DNA of 53,728 nucleotides from positions 1 through 53,728 of the forward strand of contig JBDRBU010000118.1 of the NCBI GenBank assembly GCA_043822305.1, read 5' to 3'. This DNA comes from Candidatus Firestoneibacteriota bacterium. GTDB taxonomy: Bacteria; Oederibacteriota; D2-FULL-39-29; JBDRBU01. Below are positions 26,669-37,233 of this stretch, one piece after another. How positions within the stretch are numbered: the first letter of the stretch is position 1; each line of letters begins with the position of its first letter. Under the pieces are notes generated by a model, which saw only the letters and a program-made list of their open reading frames with translations, did no database searches and was not told where the DNA came from. Made by a program: the position numbers and the translations under genes.

Positions 26669-29074
26669 ATGGCAATAAAGAAAAGTCAATTATATAGTTC
26701 TATATGGAAAAGTTGCGATGAGCTTCGCGGCGGAATGGATGCATCACAATATAAGGATTATGTTTTGGTTTTATTGTTTGTTAAGTATGTGTCAGATAAG
26801 TATGAAGGACAACGAGATGCCTTGATAGAAGTTCCCAAGGGCGGAAGTTTTAAAGACATGGTATCTCTTAAAGGGAAAAAGGATATTGGAGACGGCATAA
26901 ATAAAATAATAGCAAAACTTGCAGAAGCTAATGAACTAGATATCGATTTGCCGGATTTCAACGATGAAGGTAAGATTGGTAGAGGTAAGGACATGCAAGA
27001 TCGTCTCTCCAATCTGGTGGCAATATTTGAGAATAAAGATTTGGATTTTAGTAAGAATAGGGCAGAAGGGGATGATATTCTTGGTGATGCATATGAATAC
27101 TTAATGAGAAACTTTGCTACAGAATCCGGAAAGAGCAAGGGGCAATTTTATACACCGGCAGAAGTATCAAGAATTATGGCAAAGGTTATTGGAATAGGAC
27201 AGGCAAAAAGACAAGATCAGACCATTTACGACCCTACGTGCGGATCAGGTTCATTGCTTTTAAAAGCGGCTGATGAAACTCCGAAAGGCGTTACCATTTA
27301 TGGGCAGGAAATGGATAACGCAACTGCTGCTTTGGCAAAAATGAATATGATTTTGCATAATAATCCTACGGCACTAATATGGCAAGACAATACACTTTCA
27401 AATCCTCATTTTTTGGAGTCAAACGGTAAACTAAAACAGTTTGATTTTGTGGTAGCAAACCCTCCATTTTCCAACAAGAATTGGATGAACGGGGTAGATC
27501 CAGTTAAAGATAAATATGAACGCTTTACTGGATACGGTATCCCGCCTAAAAAAAATGGTGACTATGCGTTTCTTCTTCACATGATTCGTTCCTTGAAAAG
27601 TAATGGCAAAGGTGCAGTTATTCTTCCTCACGGAGTTCTCTTTCGTGGTAATACGGAAGGTGACATTAGAAAAGAAATAATAAAAAGAGGATACATAAAA
27701 GGAATTATAGGTTTACCTGCAAATCTTTTTTATGGAACAGGCATTCCGGCTTGTATAATTGTGCTGGATAAGGAGAACGCGGGAAGCAGAAAAGGCATTT
27801 TCATGATTGACGCAAGCAAAGGGTTTTTGAAAGACGGCAATAAGAACCGTTTGCGTGCACAGGATATTCATAAGATCGTTGATGTTTTTACCAAGCAAAT
27901 AGAAACCGCAAAATATTCACGAATGATTCCTTATGCCGAAATTGAAAAGAACGAATATAATCTAAACATTCCTCGCTATATAGACAGCCATGAATCTGAA
28001 GATATTCAGGATATTGAATCGCATCTCAAAGGCGGAATTCCCAATAGTGATATTGATGCATTAGATGCTTACTGGAGTATTTGTCCTTCGTTAAAGGGTA
28101 ATCTTTTTACAGCAAGCGAAAGGAAAGGATATAGTAAAATAAAGATTAGCCAGGAAGAAATCAGAAAAACAATATTTTCGCATTCAGAATTTACTGCTTA
28201 TACCCAAGAAATTCAGAAGAAGTATATTATCTGGCAGAAAAAGACCGTATCTATCATTGAAAATGTTGGTGTAGGTGTTAAACCCAAACAGTTAATTTCA
28301 AAGATTTCAGAAGATATATTAGAAGCATTTACAAATGCAAAATTGATTGACAAGTATGATATGTACCAGCACTTGATGAATTATTGGGCTGAAACAATGC
28401 AAGACGATCTGTATTTAATTGCATCAGAAGGTTGGAAAGTGGAATTGTCAGCAATACTGGATAAAAATGGCAAACCCAAAAAAGATGAATGGGAGTGCGA
28501 CCTGATACCAAAGAGCATTATGATTAGCCATTATTTTACAAAAGAACAAAAGACCATTCAGGAAATTGAAACTAATAGTGAAGGTGTTACGCGTCAGATT
28601 GAGGAACTTGCTGAAGAATATGGCGGTGAAGAAGGACTTCTTTCAGAAGCAATCAATAATAAAGGTAAGATTACAAAAGGAGATGTTCAAAAACGGATTA
28701 AAGAGTTATCAGATAATGCCGATGATGCCGAAGAACTTAAAATGCTGAATAAATGCTTAGAATTATTAGAAGAAGAGACAAAGTTAAATAAGGATATTAA
28801 AGAAGATTCAAGGTTATTGGACTCCCAAGTAAAATCAAAATATAAAACCTTAAATCAATCTGAAATCAAATCAATTGTTATTAAAGAAAAATGGATGTTA
28901 ACTATTGAAAAAGATGTTAAGGGTGAAATGGACCGCGTGAGTCAGCATTTGGCTCAACGGATAAAAGAACTTACGGAACGTTATACTGCGCCGTTGCCAA
29001 CACTCGTTACTGAAACCGAAACACTCACCAAAAAAGTTGATGAGCATTTGAAGAAAATGGGGTTTAGTGTATGA
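26669..29074 (+). CDS. hsdM: Type I restriction-modification methyltransferase subunit M
   Basis: LRGGMDASQY, GQFYTP, DPTCGSGSLL, NPPF (N6-adenine MTase motif IV), LPHGVLFRG. Confidence 0.97.
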   Translation: MAIKKSQLYSSIWKSCDELRGGMDASQYKDYVLVLLFVKYVSDKYEGQRDALIEVPKGGSFKDMVSLKGKKDIGDGINKIIAKLAEANELDIDLPDFNDEGKIGRGKDMQDRLSNLVAIFENKDLDFSKNRAEGDDILGDAYEYLMRNFATESGKSKGQFYTPAEVSRIMAKVIGIGQAKRQDQTIYDPTCGSGSLLLKAADETPKGVTIYGQEMDNATAALAKMNMILHNNPTALIWQDNTLSNPHFLESNGKLKQFDFVVANPPFSNKNWMNGVDPVKDKYERFTGYGIPPKKNGDYAFLLHMIRSLKSNGKGAVILPHGVLFRGNTEGDIRKEIIKRGYIKGIIGLPANLFYGTGIPACIIVLDKENAGSRKGIFMIDASKGFLKDGNKNRLRAQDIHKIVDVFTKQIETAKYSRMIPYAEIEKNEYNLNIPRYIDSHESEDIQDIESHLKGGIPNSDIDALDAYWSICPSLKGNLFTASERKGYSKIKISQEEIRKTIFSHSEFTAYTQEIQKKYIIWQKKTVSIIENVGVGVKPKQLISKISEDILEAFTNAKLIDKYDMYQHLMNYWAETMQDDLYLIASEGWKVELSAILDKNGKPKKDEWECDLIPKSIMISHYFTKEQKTIQEIETNSEGVTRQIEELAEEYGGEEGLLSEAINNKGKITKGDVQKRIKELSDNADDAEELKMLNKCLELLEEETKLNKDIKEDSRLLDSQVKSKYKTLNQSEIKSIVIKEKWMLTIEKDVKGEMDRVSQHLAQRIKELTERYTAPLPTLVTETETLTKKVDEHLKKMGFSV

Positions 29075-29430
29075 GTAATTTGATGGCAAAAGAATATAAA
29101 TCATTTGAAGCAATAAAGCATCTTTCAGAGGATGGTCATGAATTTTGGTATGCCCGTGAGCTGGCCATGGTACTTGAATATGTGCAATGGCGTAATTTTG
29201 CTAAAGTATTAGATAGGGCAATGCTTTCTTGTAAGAACAGCGGGTATGAGATTATGGATCATTTTGCTGACCTCAGCAAAACGATAAAGATGCCCAAAAC
29301 TGCCACTAAACAAGTTGATGATTATAAACTTACTCGTTATGCCTGTTATTTGATTGTTCAAAATGGAGACCCCCGGAAAGAGGTTATTGCCTTAGGGCAA
29401 ACTTATTTTGCCATTCAAAAAAAAAATTAA
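29071..29430 (+). pseudogene. dinD: Truncated DNA damage-inducible protein D (N-terminal Bro-N-like part only)
   Basis: EFWYARELAMVLEY..WRNF, DYKLTRYACYLIVQNGDPRKEVIALGQTYFAIQ, then stop after an A10 run. Confidence 0.75.
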
Positions 29431-29458
29431 TGCTGGATGAAGGATGAGAGGTTGTAAT

Positions 29459-30523
29459 ATGCGATTAATTCAACATAATGCAAGTTATAAAAAATGGTTG
29501 TTCGAGCTAAAGCAAAAAGTTCGTAATGTTCAAATTAAAGCGGCTGTTGCGGTAAATAGCGAAATGCTACGCTTTTATTGGGAGCTTGGCGAGGACATTG
29601 TTGAAAAACAGGTTTCATCAAACTGGGGCGATGGCTTTTTAAGCCAACTTAGCCGCGATTTAACAACGGAGTTCCCGGGCATTAAAGGGTTTTCTCTCAG
29701 TAATCTGAAATATGTAAAGCAGTGGTATCTATTTTATTCTCAGACCGTTGAATTAAGCCAACAAGCTGTTGGCCAAATTGGGAAACAGGCTGTTGCCCAA
29801 TTAACCAAAATTCCTTGGGGGCACAATATTGCCATTATCTCCAGGTGTAAAAACATGGAAGAAGCTCTTTATTATGTAAGGAACACCATTGCCCACAACT
29901 GGAGCCGCAGTGTTTTAGTTCATCAGATTGAAAGCGGCCTTTATAATCGGGAAGGGAAATCTGTTGCCAATTTTGATTCAGCATTACCAAAACCTCAGTC
30001 TGATCTTGCCGTTCAGACATTAAAAGACCCTTATATTTTTGACTTTTTAAGCATGACAAAAGATTACAATGAGCTTGAGCTGGAAAAAGAGTTGATCAAT
30101 CATATTACCCAATTCTTATTAGAACTCGGAGCCGGGTTTGCTTATATCGGCAGACAGATTCCATTACAAGTCGGTGAGCGTGAGTTTTTCATTGATCTTC
30201 TTTTCTACCATACCAGCTTGCATTGTTATGTGGTAATTGAATTAAAGACTGTTGATTTTGAACCTGAACATACCGGCAAACTTAACTTTTATATAAAAGC
30301 AATAGACAGCCACTACAGGAAAGAAAATGACCAGCCTACCATCGGTATTCTCTTGTGTAAAAGCAAAGACAAAACAGTCGTCGAATATGCTTTGAGTGAC
30401 ATCCATAAACCTATGGGGATCTCAGAATATCAGCTCACTCAATCATTACCCGAAAACCTGAAATCAAGCCTGCCAAGTATTGAAGATATTGAAGCGGAAT
30501 TGATGGGAGGGAATAATGAGTAA
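29459..30523 (+). CDS. DUF1016/YhcG family PD-(D/E)XK nuclease-domain protein
   Basis: AVNSEMLRFYWELG, IPWGHN, LKDPYIFDFL, FLLELGAGF, IDLLFYH..LHCYVVIELK. Confidence 0.92.
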   Translation: MRLIQHNASYKKWLFELKQKVRNVQIKAAVAVNSEMLRFYWELGEDIVEKQVSSNWGDGFLSQLSRDLTTEFPGIKGFSLSNLKYVKQWYLFYSQTVELSQQAVGQIGKQAVAQLTKIPWGHNIAIISRCKNMEEALYYVRNTIAHNWSRSVLVHQIESGLYNREGKSVANFDSALPKPQSDLAVQTLKDPYIFDFLSMTKDYNELELEKELINHITQFLLELGAGFAYIGRQIPLQVGEREFFIDLLFYHTSLHCYVVIELKTVDFEPEHTGKLNFYIKAIDSHYRKENDQPTIGILLCKSKDKTVVEYALSDIHKPMGISEYQLTQSLPENLKSSLPSIEDIEAELMGGNNE

Positions 30524-31661
30524 TGTTCCAAAAGGATATAAACAGAGTGAGGTGGGGGTTATTCCGGAGGGGTGGGAAGTGAAGAAGTTGGGTGAGGTGG
30601 TGGGTAGAATTACTACTGGAAAATTAGACGCAAACGCTATGGTAGAAAATGGAGAATATCGATTTTATACTTGTGCAAAGAATTATTATTTTATTAATAA
30701 ATATGCTTTTGATACAGAGGCTTTACTTGTATCGGGCAATGGTGCAAATGTCGGTTATATTCATTATTATAATGGAAAGTTTAATGCATATCAGCGGACT
30801 TATGTTTTGTCTGATTTTACAGAAAATATTTTGTTCATAAAATTATTCATGGATCGAAATTTACAGGAGAGAATAAGGGTAGAAGTAAATGCAGGAAATA
30901 CGCCGTATATTACAATGGATACACTTAGTGAAATGTCCATTATGTTTCCACCAACAATTGCCGAACAAACCGCCATTGCCACTGTTCTCTCTGACACTGA
31001 CGCGTTGATTGAACACTTGGAAAAACTGATTGCCAAGAAGAAAGCCATCAAACAAGGCACAATGCAACAGCTCCTCACCGGCAAAAAAAGATTGCCGGGG
31101 TTTAGCGGGAAGTGGGAAGTGAAAACACTTGATGAAGTTATTTATTGCTTGGACAATTTGCGTGTGCCACTAAACGATTCTCAAAGATTAACGATGAAAG
31201 GCGATTATCCCTATTGTGGTGCAAATGGGATTCTCGATTTTATCAACGAATACATGATTGATGATGACATTATCTTGATAGCTGAAGACGGTGGATATTT
31301 CGATGAATATCATTTTAGACCAATAGCTTACAGAATGAAGGGTGAATGTTGGGTCAATAATCATGCACATATTTTAAAAGCAAAAGAGAGATACAATCAG
31401 GACTTCATTTTCTACTCTTTGGTTCATAAAAATATCTTGAGATTTCTCGCAAGTGGAACAAGGGCAAAGCTTAACAAATCGGAAATGTATAAAATTGAGA
31501 TAAATACACCGTCAACAAAAGAAGAACAAACCGCCATTGTCACCATCCTCTCCGACATAGACGCAGAGATTTCGCAGTTGAATCAAAAGTTAGATAAATA
31601 CAAAATGATAAAGCAAGGGATGATGCAAGAACTGCTTACCGGGAAAATTAGGCTGATATGA
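30516..31661 (+). CDS. hsdS: Type I restriction-modification specificity subunit S
   Basis: PKGYKQSEVGVIPEGWEV; two TRDs with conserved repeats EQTAIATVLSD / EQTAIVTILSD and MQQLLTGK / MQELLTGK. Confidence 0.95.
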   Translation: MSNVPKGYKQSEVGVIPEGWEVKKLGEVVGRITTGKLDANAMVENGEYRFYTCAKNYYFINKYAFDTEALLVSGNGANVGYIHYYNGKFNAYQRTYVLSDFTENILFIKLFMDRNLQERIRVEVNAGNTPYITMDTLSEMSIMFPPTIAEQTAIATVLSDTDALIEHLEKLIAKKKAIKQGTMQQLLTGKKRLPGFSGKWEVKTLDEVIYCLDNLRVPLNDSQRLTMKGDYPYCGANGILDFINEYMIDDDIILIAEDGGYFDEYHFRPIAYRMKGECWVNNHAHILKAKERYNQDFIFYSLVHKNILRFLASGTRAKLNKSEMYKIEINTPSTKEEQTAIVTILSDIDAEISQLNQKLDKYKMIKQGMMQELLTGKIRLI

Positions 31662-34600
31662 CACAAAAAGTTGGTCAGATAGAAAGAATAACTCAAAATC
31701 GTATTGTTGAACTGTTTAGTAAGCAGCTCAAATATGAATATTTGGGCAATTGGAAAGAGCGTGAAGATAATAGTAATATTGAAAAGAAGATCCTGCATAA
31801 TTACCTAAAAGGAATGAAGTATAACGAAATTGTTATTGAAAAAGCTATCTATGAAATATCCCGAATACAAACCAACATAGGCAAAAGTTTATTTGAGTTA
31901 AACAAAGAAGCATATTCACTTTTGCGTTATGGTGTTAAGGTCAAAGAAGATATTGGTGATAAGTTCCAGACAGTTTGGCTCATTGATTGGAATAACCCAG
32001 AAAAAAATAATTTTGCGTTTGCCGAAGAGGTGACGATTAGAGGTGAAAATGATAAGCGTCCAGACATTGTGTTATACATTAATGGTATTGCGATTGGTAT
32101 TTTGGAATTGAAACGCAGTACGATATCTGTTTCCGAGGGGATTCGTCAAAACCTTGATAGTCAAGATAAAAAGTTTATAATGCCATTTTTTACTACAATA
32201 CAGTTTGTAATGGCAGGGAACGACACTGAAGGATTGCGTTATGGCACAATAGAAACTCAGGAAAAGTATTATCTTCAGTGGAAAGAAAGTGGAAATGCAG
32301 AAAACAAGATTGATCAGCATTTGCTTCAATTGTGCAATAAAGAAAGAATATTAGAAATAATTCACGACTTTATAGTCTATGATTTTGGGAGAAAGAAACT
32401 TTGTCGTCATAATCAATACTTTGGTGTAAAAGAGGCCCAAAAATATATTAGAAAGCGAGAGGGCGGTATTATTTGGCATACACAGGGTAGCGGTAAAAGT
32501 CTGACTATGGTTTGGTTGGCCAAGTGGATTCGAGAAAATATGGAAGATTCCCGAGTCCTTATTATCACTGATCGTGATGAACTTGATAAGCAGATTGAGG
32601 GAGTATTTAACGGAGTTAAAGAAGAAATATACCGCACAAAGAGCGGAGCAGATCTGATAGACAAACTAAATGTTAAAGAGAAGTGGCTTCTTTGTTCGTT
32701 AATTCACAAATTTGGAAGGAAAGAAACCGCAGAAGAAGCCGATTTTGATAAATATCTTGAAGATATTAAAAATAACTTACCAAAAGGGTTTAGGGCAAAA
32801 GGTGACATTTATGTCTTTGTAGATGAATGTCATCGTACTCAATCCGGCAAACTACATAAAGCCATGAAACAGATTTTGCCAAATGTGATATTTATCGGTT
32901 TTACCGGAACCCCATTGTTAAAGGAAGATAAACAAAGAAGCATTGAAATATTTGGAAAATATATTCATGTCTATAAATACGATGAAGCCGTGGCTGACAA
33001 TATGGTTTTAGACCTGCGTTATGAAGCCCGCAATATAGATCAGAATATCACCTCACAAGAAAAGATCGACCAGTGGTTTGAGGCAAAAACAAGAGGACTT
33101 ACCGAATTTGCTAAAACAGGACTGAAAAAGCGATGGGGAACAATGAAAAAGGTCCTTAGCTCACAGTCCAGATTAGAGAAAATTGTTGCTGACATATTGC
33201 TGGATATGGAGACCAAGGACCGACTGCAGAGCGGTAGAGGCAATGCTATGTTAGTCTCCGGCAGTATTTATGAGGCCTGCAAATACTACGAACTGTTTCA
33301 GAATACCGGATTTAAGAAATGTGCGATAGTAACTTCTTATTCGCCGACAATTCAGGATATTAAAGGTGAAAGTACAGGAGAAGAAGAAGTAACTACAAAG
33401 TTAAAACAATATACAATATATCAAAAAATGCTTTCAGGGAAAACAACGGAGGAATTTGAAGAAGAAGTTAAAGAGAAGTTTGTAAAAGAACCCGGTCAAA
33501 TGAAGCTGCTGATTGTTGTTGATAAATTGCTGACAGGTTTTGATGCTCCTTCAGCAACATATCTATATCTTGATAAAAGTATGCAGGATCATGGTTTATT
33601 TCAGGCAATTTGCAGAGTAAATCGTTTGGATGGGGAAGATAAGGAGTATGGTTATATTATTGACTACAAAGACCTATTCAAAAGTTTAGAGAGTGCGATA
33701 GATGATTATACATCTGAAGCGTTTGAAGGTTTTGATGAGGAAGATATACAAGGAGTATTATCAAATAGGTTTAAAAAAGCAAAAGAAAGACTAAATAATG
33801 CGTTGGAAAGTATTAAAGCACTTTGCGAACCTGTTGCTTCGCCAAAAGATACAGTTGCTTATACCAAATATTTCTGTGGTGATACAGAGAATCCGGATGA
33901 ATTGAATGAAAGGGAACAGCAGCGCATTGCTTTGTATAAGCAGGCATCTTCTTTGATTCGTGCCTATGCAGATATTGCAAGTGAAATGGAAGAAGCGGGC
34001 TTCACAAAAGAAGAAATTGAACGAATCAAAAAAGATGTAAAGGATTTCGAGAACATTCGGGCAGAAATGAAACTGGCAAGCGGTGACTATATAGATTTGA
34101 AAATGTATGAGCCGGCGATGAGGCATCTGATTGACAGTTATATAAATGCAGAAGACAGCAAAAAGATATCTGCATTTGATGACCTTACTTTGATCCAATT
34201 GATTGTTCAGCGAGGACCAGAAGCTGTTAATACATTACCGGAGGGGATCAGGAAAAATAAAGAAGCAGTGGCGGAGACTATAGAAAATAATGTACGCAGA
34301 TTAATAATCGACGAAATGCCGACAAATCCAAAATATTATCAGGATATGTCTAAATTGCTGGATGAAATTATTAAAGAACGCAAAGCTGAGGCAAAGAGTT
34401 ATGAGGAGTATTTAAAAAAGATAGCAGATTTAACAAAAGAAATTGTTAAACCTGGTGAAAACTATCCCAAAAAAATTGATTCAAAAGCTAAAATGGCTTT
34501 GTATGATAATTTAGGTAAATACGAGGATCTTGCAGTTGATGTTCATAATTCTATTCTTTCTTCTAAACAAGATGGTTGGATAGGCCATAAGATTAAGGAA

Positions 34601-34702
34601 AAACAGATAAAAATTTCTATAAGACCACTACTTAATCACATGACTGACGAGGAATTCGCTTCCTTGTTTGAAATAATCAAAAAACAAGATGAATACAGAT
34701 AA
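31658..34702 (+). CDS. hsdR: Type I restriction endonuclease subunit R
   Basis: RPDIVLYINGIAIGILELK, WHTQGSGKS, DECHR, FTGTP, LLTGFDAP, QAICRVNR. Confidence 0.97.
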   Translation: MTQKVGQIERITQNRIVELFSKQLKYEYLGNWKEREDNSNIEKKILHNYLKGMKYNEIVIEKAIYEISRIQTNIGKSLFELNKEAYSLLRYGVKVKEDIGDKFQTVWLIDWNNPEKNNFAFAEEVTIRGENDKRPDIVLYINGIAIGILELKRSTISVSEGIRQNLDSQDKKFIMPFFTTIQFVMAGNDTEGLRYGTIETQEKYYLQWKESGNAENKIDQHLLQLCNKERILEIIHDFIVYDFGRKKLCRHNQYFGVKEAQKYIRKREGGIIWHTQGSGKSLTMVWLAKWIRENMEDSRVLIITDRDELDKQIEGVFNGVKEEIYRTKSGADLIDKLNVKEKWLLCSLIHKFGRKETAEEADFDKYLEDIKNNLPKGFRAKGDIYVFVDECHRTQSGKLHKAMKQILPNVIFIGFTGTPLLKEDKQRSIEIFGKYIHVYKYDEAVADNMVLDLRYEARNIDQNITSQEKIDQWFEAKTRGLTEFAKTGLKKRWGTMKKVLSSQSRLEKIVADILLDMETKDRLQSGRGNAMLVSGSIYEACKYYELFQNTGFKKCAIVTSYSPTIQDIKGESTGEEEVTTKLKQYTIYQKMLSGKTTEEFEEEVKEKFVKEPGQMKLLIVVDKLLTGFDAPSATYLYLDKSMQDHGLFQAICRVNRLDGEDKEYGYIIDYKDLFKSLESAIDDYTSEAFEGFDEEDIQGVLSNRFKKAKERLNNALESIKALCEPVASPKDTVAYTKYFCGDTENPDELNEREQQRIALYKQASSLIRAYADIASEMEEAGFTKEEIERIKKDVKDFENIRAEMKLASGDYIDLKMYEPAMRHLIDSYINAEDSKKISAFDDLTLIQLIVQRGPEAVNTLPEGIRKNKEAVAETIENNVRRLIIDEMPTNPKYYQDMSKLLDEIIKERKAEAKSYEEYLKKIADLTKEIVKPGENYPKKIDSKAKMALYDNLGKYEDLAVDVHNSILSSKQDGWIGHKIKEKQIKISIRPLLNHMTDEEFASLFEIIKKQDEYR

Positions 34703-35420
34703 AACTTATAAACTTCATATTTCAAATTTGACAATAGATGTTGTGAAAAAAAGCATCAAGAATATGCATCTTGGAGTATATCCTCCTGCAGGAAGAGTCA
34801 GAATAGCAGCCCCTTTTAGGATTAGTGATGAAGCAGTTCGTCTTTTTGCTGTATCAAAAATTGCGTGGATAAGAAAACAGAAAACAAAATTTGAGGATCA
34901 ACCACGGCAAGAAAAACGGGAATATGTATCAGGCGAAAGCCATTATTTTCTTGGTAAACGATATTTGCTGAATGTATTTTATCACAATGCCACTTCCAAT
35001 GTTGTCATAAAAAATAAAGAGAGAATATGTTTATATGCAAAAAAAAACAACACAATAAAACATCGTGATGCTATATTTAATGAATGGTACAGGAAGCAAT
35101 TAAAAAGACTTGTTCCGGAACGTATTCAAAAGTGGCAAAATATTACAGGTATAAAAATAAACGATTGGAAAATAAAAAGAATGAGAACTCGGTGGGGGAC
35201 ATGTAATTATAAGTCGAGACGAATTTGGCTTAATCTTGAATTGGCGAAAAAGCCTTTGCATTGTCTGGATTTTATCATTTTACATGAAATGGTGCATCTG
35301 CTTGAAAAGAATCACGGTGACAGGTTTAAATCTCTCATGGGCAAATTCATGCTGAGATGGCAACTTTACAAAGATGAGTTGAACAAGTCCATTTTAAGTC
35401 ATGAGAAATGGGTCTATTAG
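34689..35420 (+). CDS. M48/SprT-like (DUF45/YgjP) metallopeptidase-family protein
   Basis: MRTRWGTCN, ILHEMVHLLEKNH (HExxH); common neighbour downstream of hsdR. Confidence 0.88.
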   Translation: MNTDKTYKLHISNLTIDVVKKSIKNMHLGVYPPAGRVRIAAPFRISDEAVRLFAVSKIAWIRKQKTKFEDQPRQEKREYVSGESHYFLGKRYLLNVFYHNATSNVVIKNKERICLYAKKNNTIKHRDAIFNEWYRKQLKRLVPERIQKWQNITGIKINDWKIKRMRTRWGTCNYKSRRIWLNLELAKKPLHCLDFIILHEMVHLLEKNHGDRFKSLMGKFMLRWQLYKDELNKSILSHEKWVY

Positions 35421-35594
35421 GTGGGATTGAATAAAACATTTTAATATTAACAGAATAATTGAGAATGAAAACAAAAATGAATATATTGCAAAAAATCAGT
35501 AGAAATGTTAAAATAGGATTGAAATGATGAGGGTAAATGTGGACAAGATGTTGGTAAATAAAAAATGAAGGTTTGACCTCAAGGGAGGTTTATT

Positions 35595-36722
35595 ATGTTA
35601 AGATTTTTAACTGGTGGAGAATCACACGGGAAATGTTTAGTAACAATTGTTGAGGGTATGCCATCTGGATTGAAATTAAACATTGATGATATTAATGTTG
35701 ACTTGCAAAGAAGACAAAAGGGATATGGCCGGGGAGATAGAATGCTTATAGAAAAAGATTCTGCAGAGATTCTATCTGGCGTAAGAGATGGGGTAACCAT
35801 CGGTAGTCCTATAACCATTTTGATTAATAATAAAGATTGGGAAAATTGGAAAGATAAGAAAGTTCCACCAATAACTACACCAAGGCCCGGTCATGCTGAT
35901 TTATCAGGTGTAATAAAATACAATTATGAAGATGTGAGAAATGTTTTAGAGAGAGCAAGTGCAAGAGAAACAGCAGTCAGAGTAGCCGCCGGTGCTGTGG
36001 CTAAGAAACTACTTAAAGAGTTTAATATAGTGGTGGCTGGATATGTTGTAGAAATTGGAGGCATAAAAACAGATTTAAAAAATATGACAATAAAAGATTT
36101 AGCCAGAATAGAGAATTCTCTTTTAAGATGTGCTGATAAGAAAGCAGAAGAAAGGATGATAAAAAGAATTGATTTAATTAAAAAAAGAAAAGATACAATA
36201 GGGGGGATTTTTGAGATAAAAGTGATTAATGTTCCTGTTGGACTTGGAAGTTTTATGCAGTGGGATAGAAGATTAGATACCAGATTGGCTGGTGCGGTGA
36301 TGAGTATACCTGGAATTAAGGGAGTTGAAATAGGATTAGGGTTTAGAGGAGCGAGTTTATCTGGTTCTAAATATCATGATGAAATATTTTATAAAGCAAA
36401 AGAATTTTTTAGAAAAACAAATAATGCCGGAGGGATTGAAGGTGGTATAAGTAATGGAGAAGATATAATTTTAAGAGCAGTAATGAAGTCGATATCTACA
36501 TTATATAAACCATTGAATTCTATAGATATAATCACAAAGAAAAAAGCAAAAGCAACTGTTGAAAGGTCTGATATTTGTGCCGTTCCTTCGGCATGTGTTG
36601 TCGCAGAAGCAGTTGCATCAGTTGAAATAGCATCTTTGTTCTTGGAGAAGTTTGGTGGAGATAGTTTAAATGAAGTTAAGAGAAATTACAATTCTTATGT
36701 TAAGTATGTGAAAAATTTTTAA
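35595..36722 (+). CDS. aroC: Chorismate synthase
   Basis: [40 protein letters not shown]. Confidence 0.97.
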   Translation: MLRFLTGGESHGKCLVTIVEGMPSGLKLNIDDINVDLQRRQKGYGRGDRMLIEKDSAEILSGVRDGVTIGSPITILINNKDWENWKDKKVPPITTPRPGHADLSGVIKYNYEDVRNVLERASARETAVRVAAGAVAKKLLKEFNIVVAGYVVEIGGIKTDLKNMTIKDLARIENSLLRCADKKAEERMIKRIDLIKKRKDTIGGIFEIKVINVPVGLGSFMQWDRRLDTRLAGAVMSIPGIKGVEIGLGFRGASLSGSKYHDEIFYKAKEFFRKTNNAGGIEGGISNGEDIILRAVMKSISTLYKPLNSIDIITKKKAKATVERSDICAVPSACVVAEAVASVEIASLFLEKFGGDSLNEVKRNYNSYVKYVKNF

Positions 36723-36723
36723 T

Positions 36724-37233
36724 ATGAAAAATATCATTCTTTTAGGTTTTATGGGGACAGGTAAAACTACCATTGGCAAGATTCTGGCTAAGAAATTAGA
36801 ATTTAAGTTTATAGATGTGGATGAAATCATAGAAGAAAGAATAGGTAAATCTATAAGTAAAATATTTAAAGAAGATGGAGAAAAAAAATTCAGGATTATT
36901 GAAAAAGAAGTTGTAAGAGATGTAAGTAAATTAAAAAACACTATTATATCTACTGGCGGTGGGGTAGTTTTATTAGAAAAAAATGTAAATAATTTGAGAA
37001 AAAATGGAATATTGATAAGTTTAATGTCTTCTCCCGAGAGTATTTTGAAAAGGGTTATAAAAGACAAGAAAAGACCTCTGTTGAATTATTCTAACAAGTT
37101 AAAAACGATTAAAAAACTATTAGATTTTAGATTTCCTTATTATGTGAATAATGTAGATTATATTATTGATACTTCTAATTTAAGCCCAAACAAGATTGTT
37201 AAAAAAATTTTATGTTTAAAAGAACTTACCTAA
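36724..37233 (+). CDS. aroK: Shikimate kinase
   Basis: GFMGTGKTT, GEKKFR, STGGG, RPLL. Confidence 0.95.
   Translation: MKNIILLGFMGTGKTTIGKILAKKLEFKFIDVDEIIEERIGKSISKIFKEDGEKKFRIIEKEVVRDVSKLKNTIISTGGGVVLLEKNVNNLRKNGILISLMSSPESILKRVIKDKKRPLLNYSNKLKTIKKLLDFRFPYYVNNVDYIIDTSNLSPNKIVKKILCLKELT

Noticed and set aside
30963..31560. Repeated DNA segments within hsdS suggesting a shufflon
   Set aside because: They are the normal conserved regions of HsdS; there are no inverted repeats, silent hsdS copies or recombinase.
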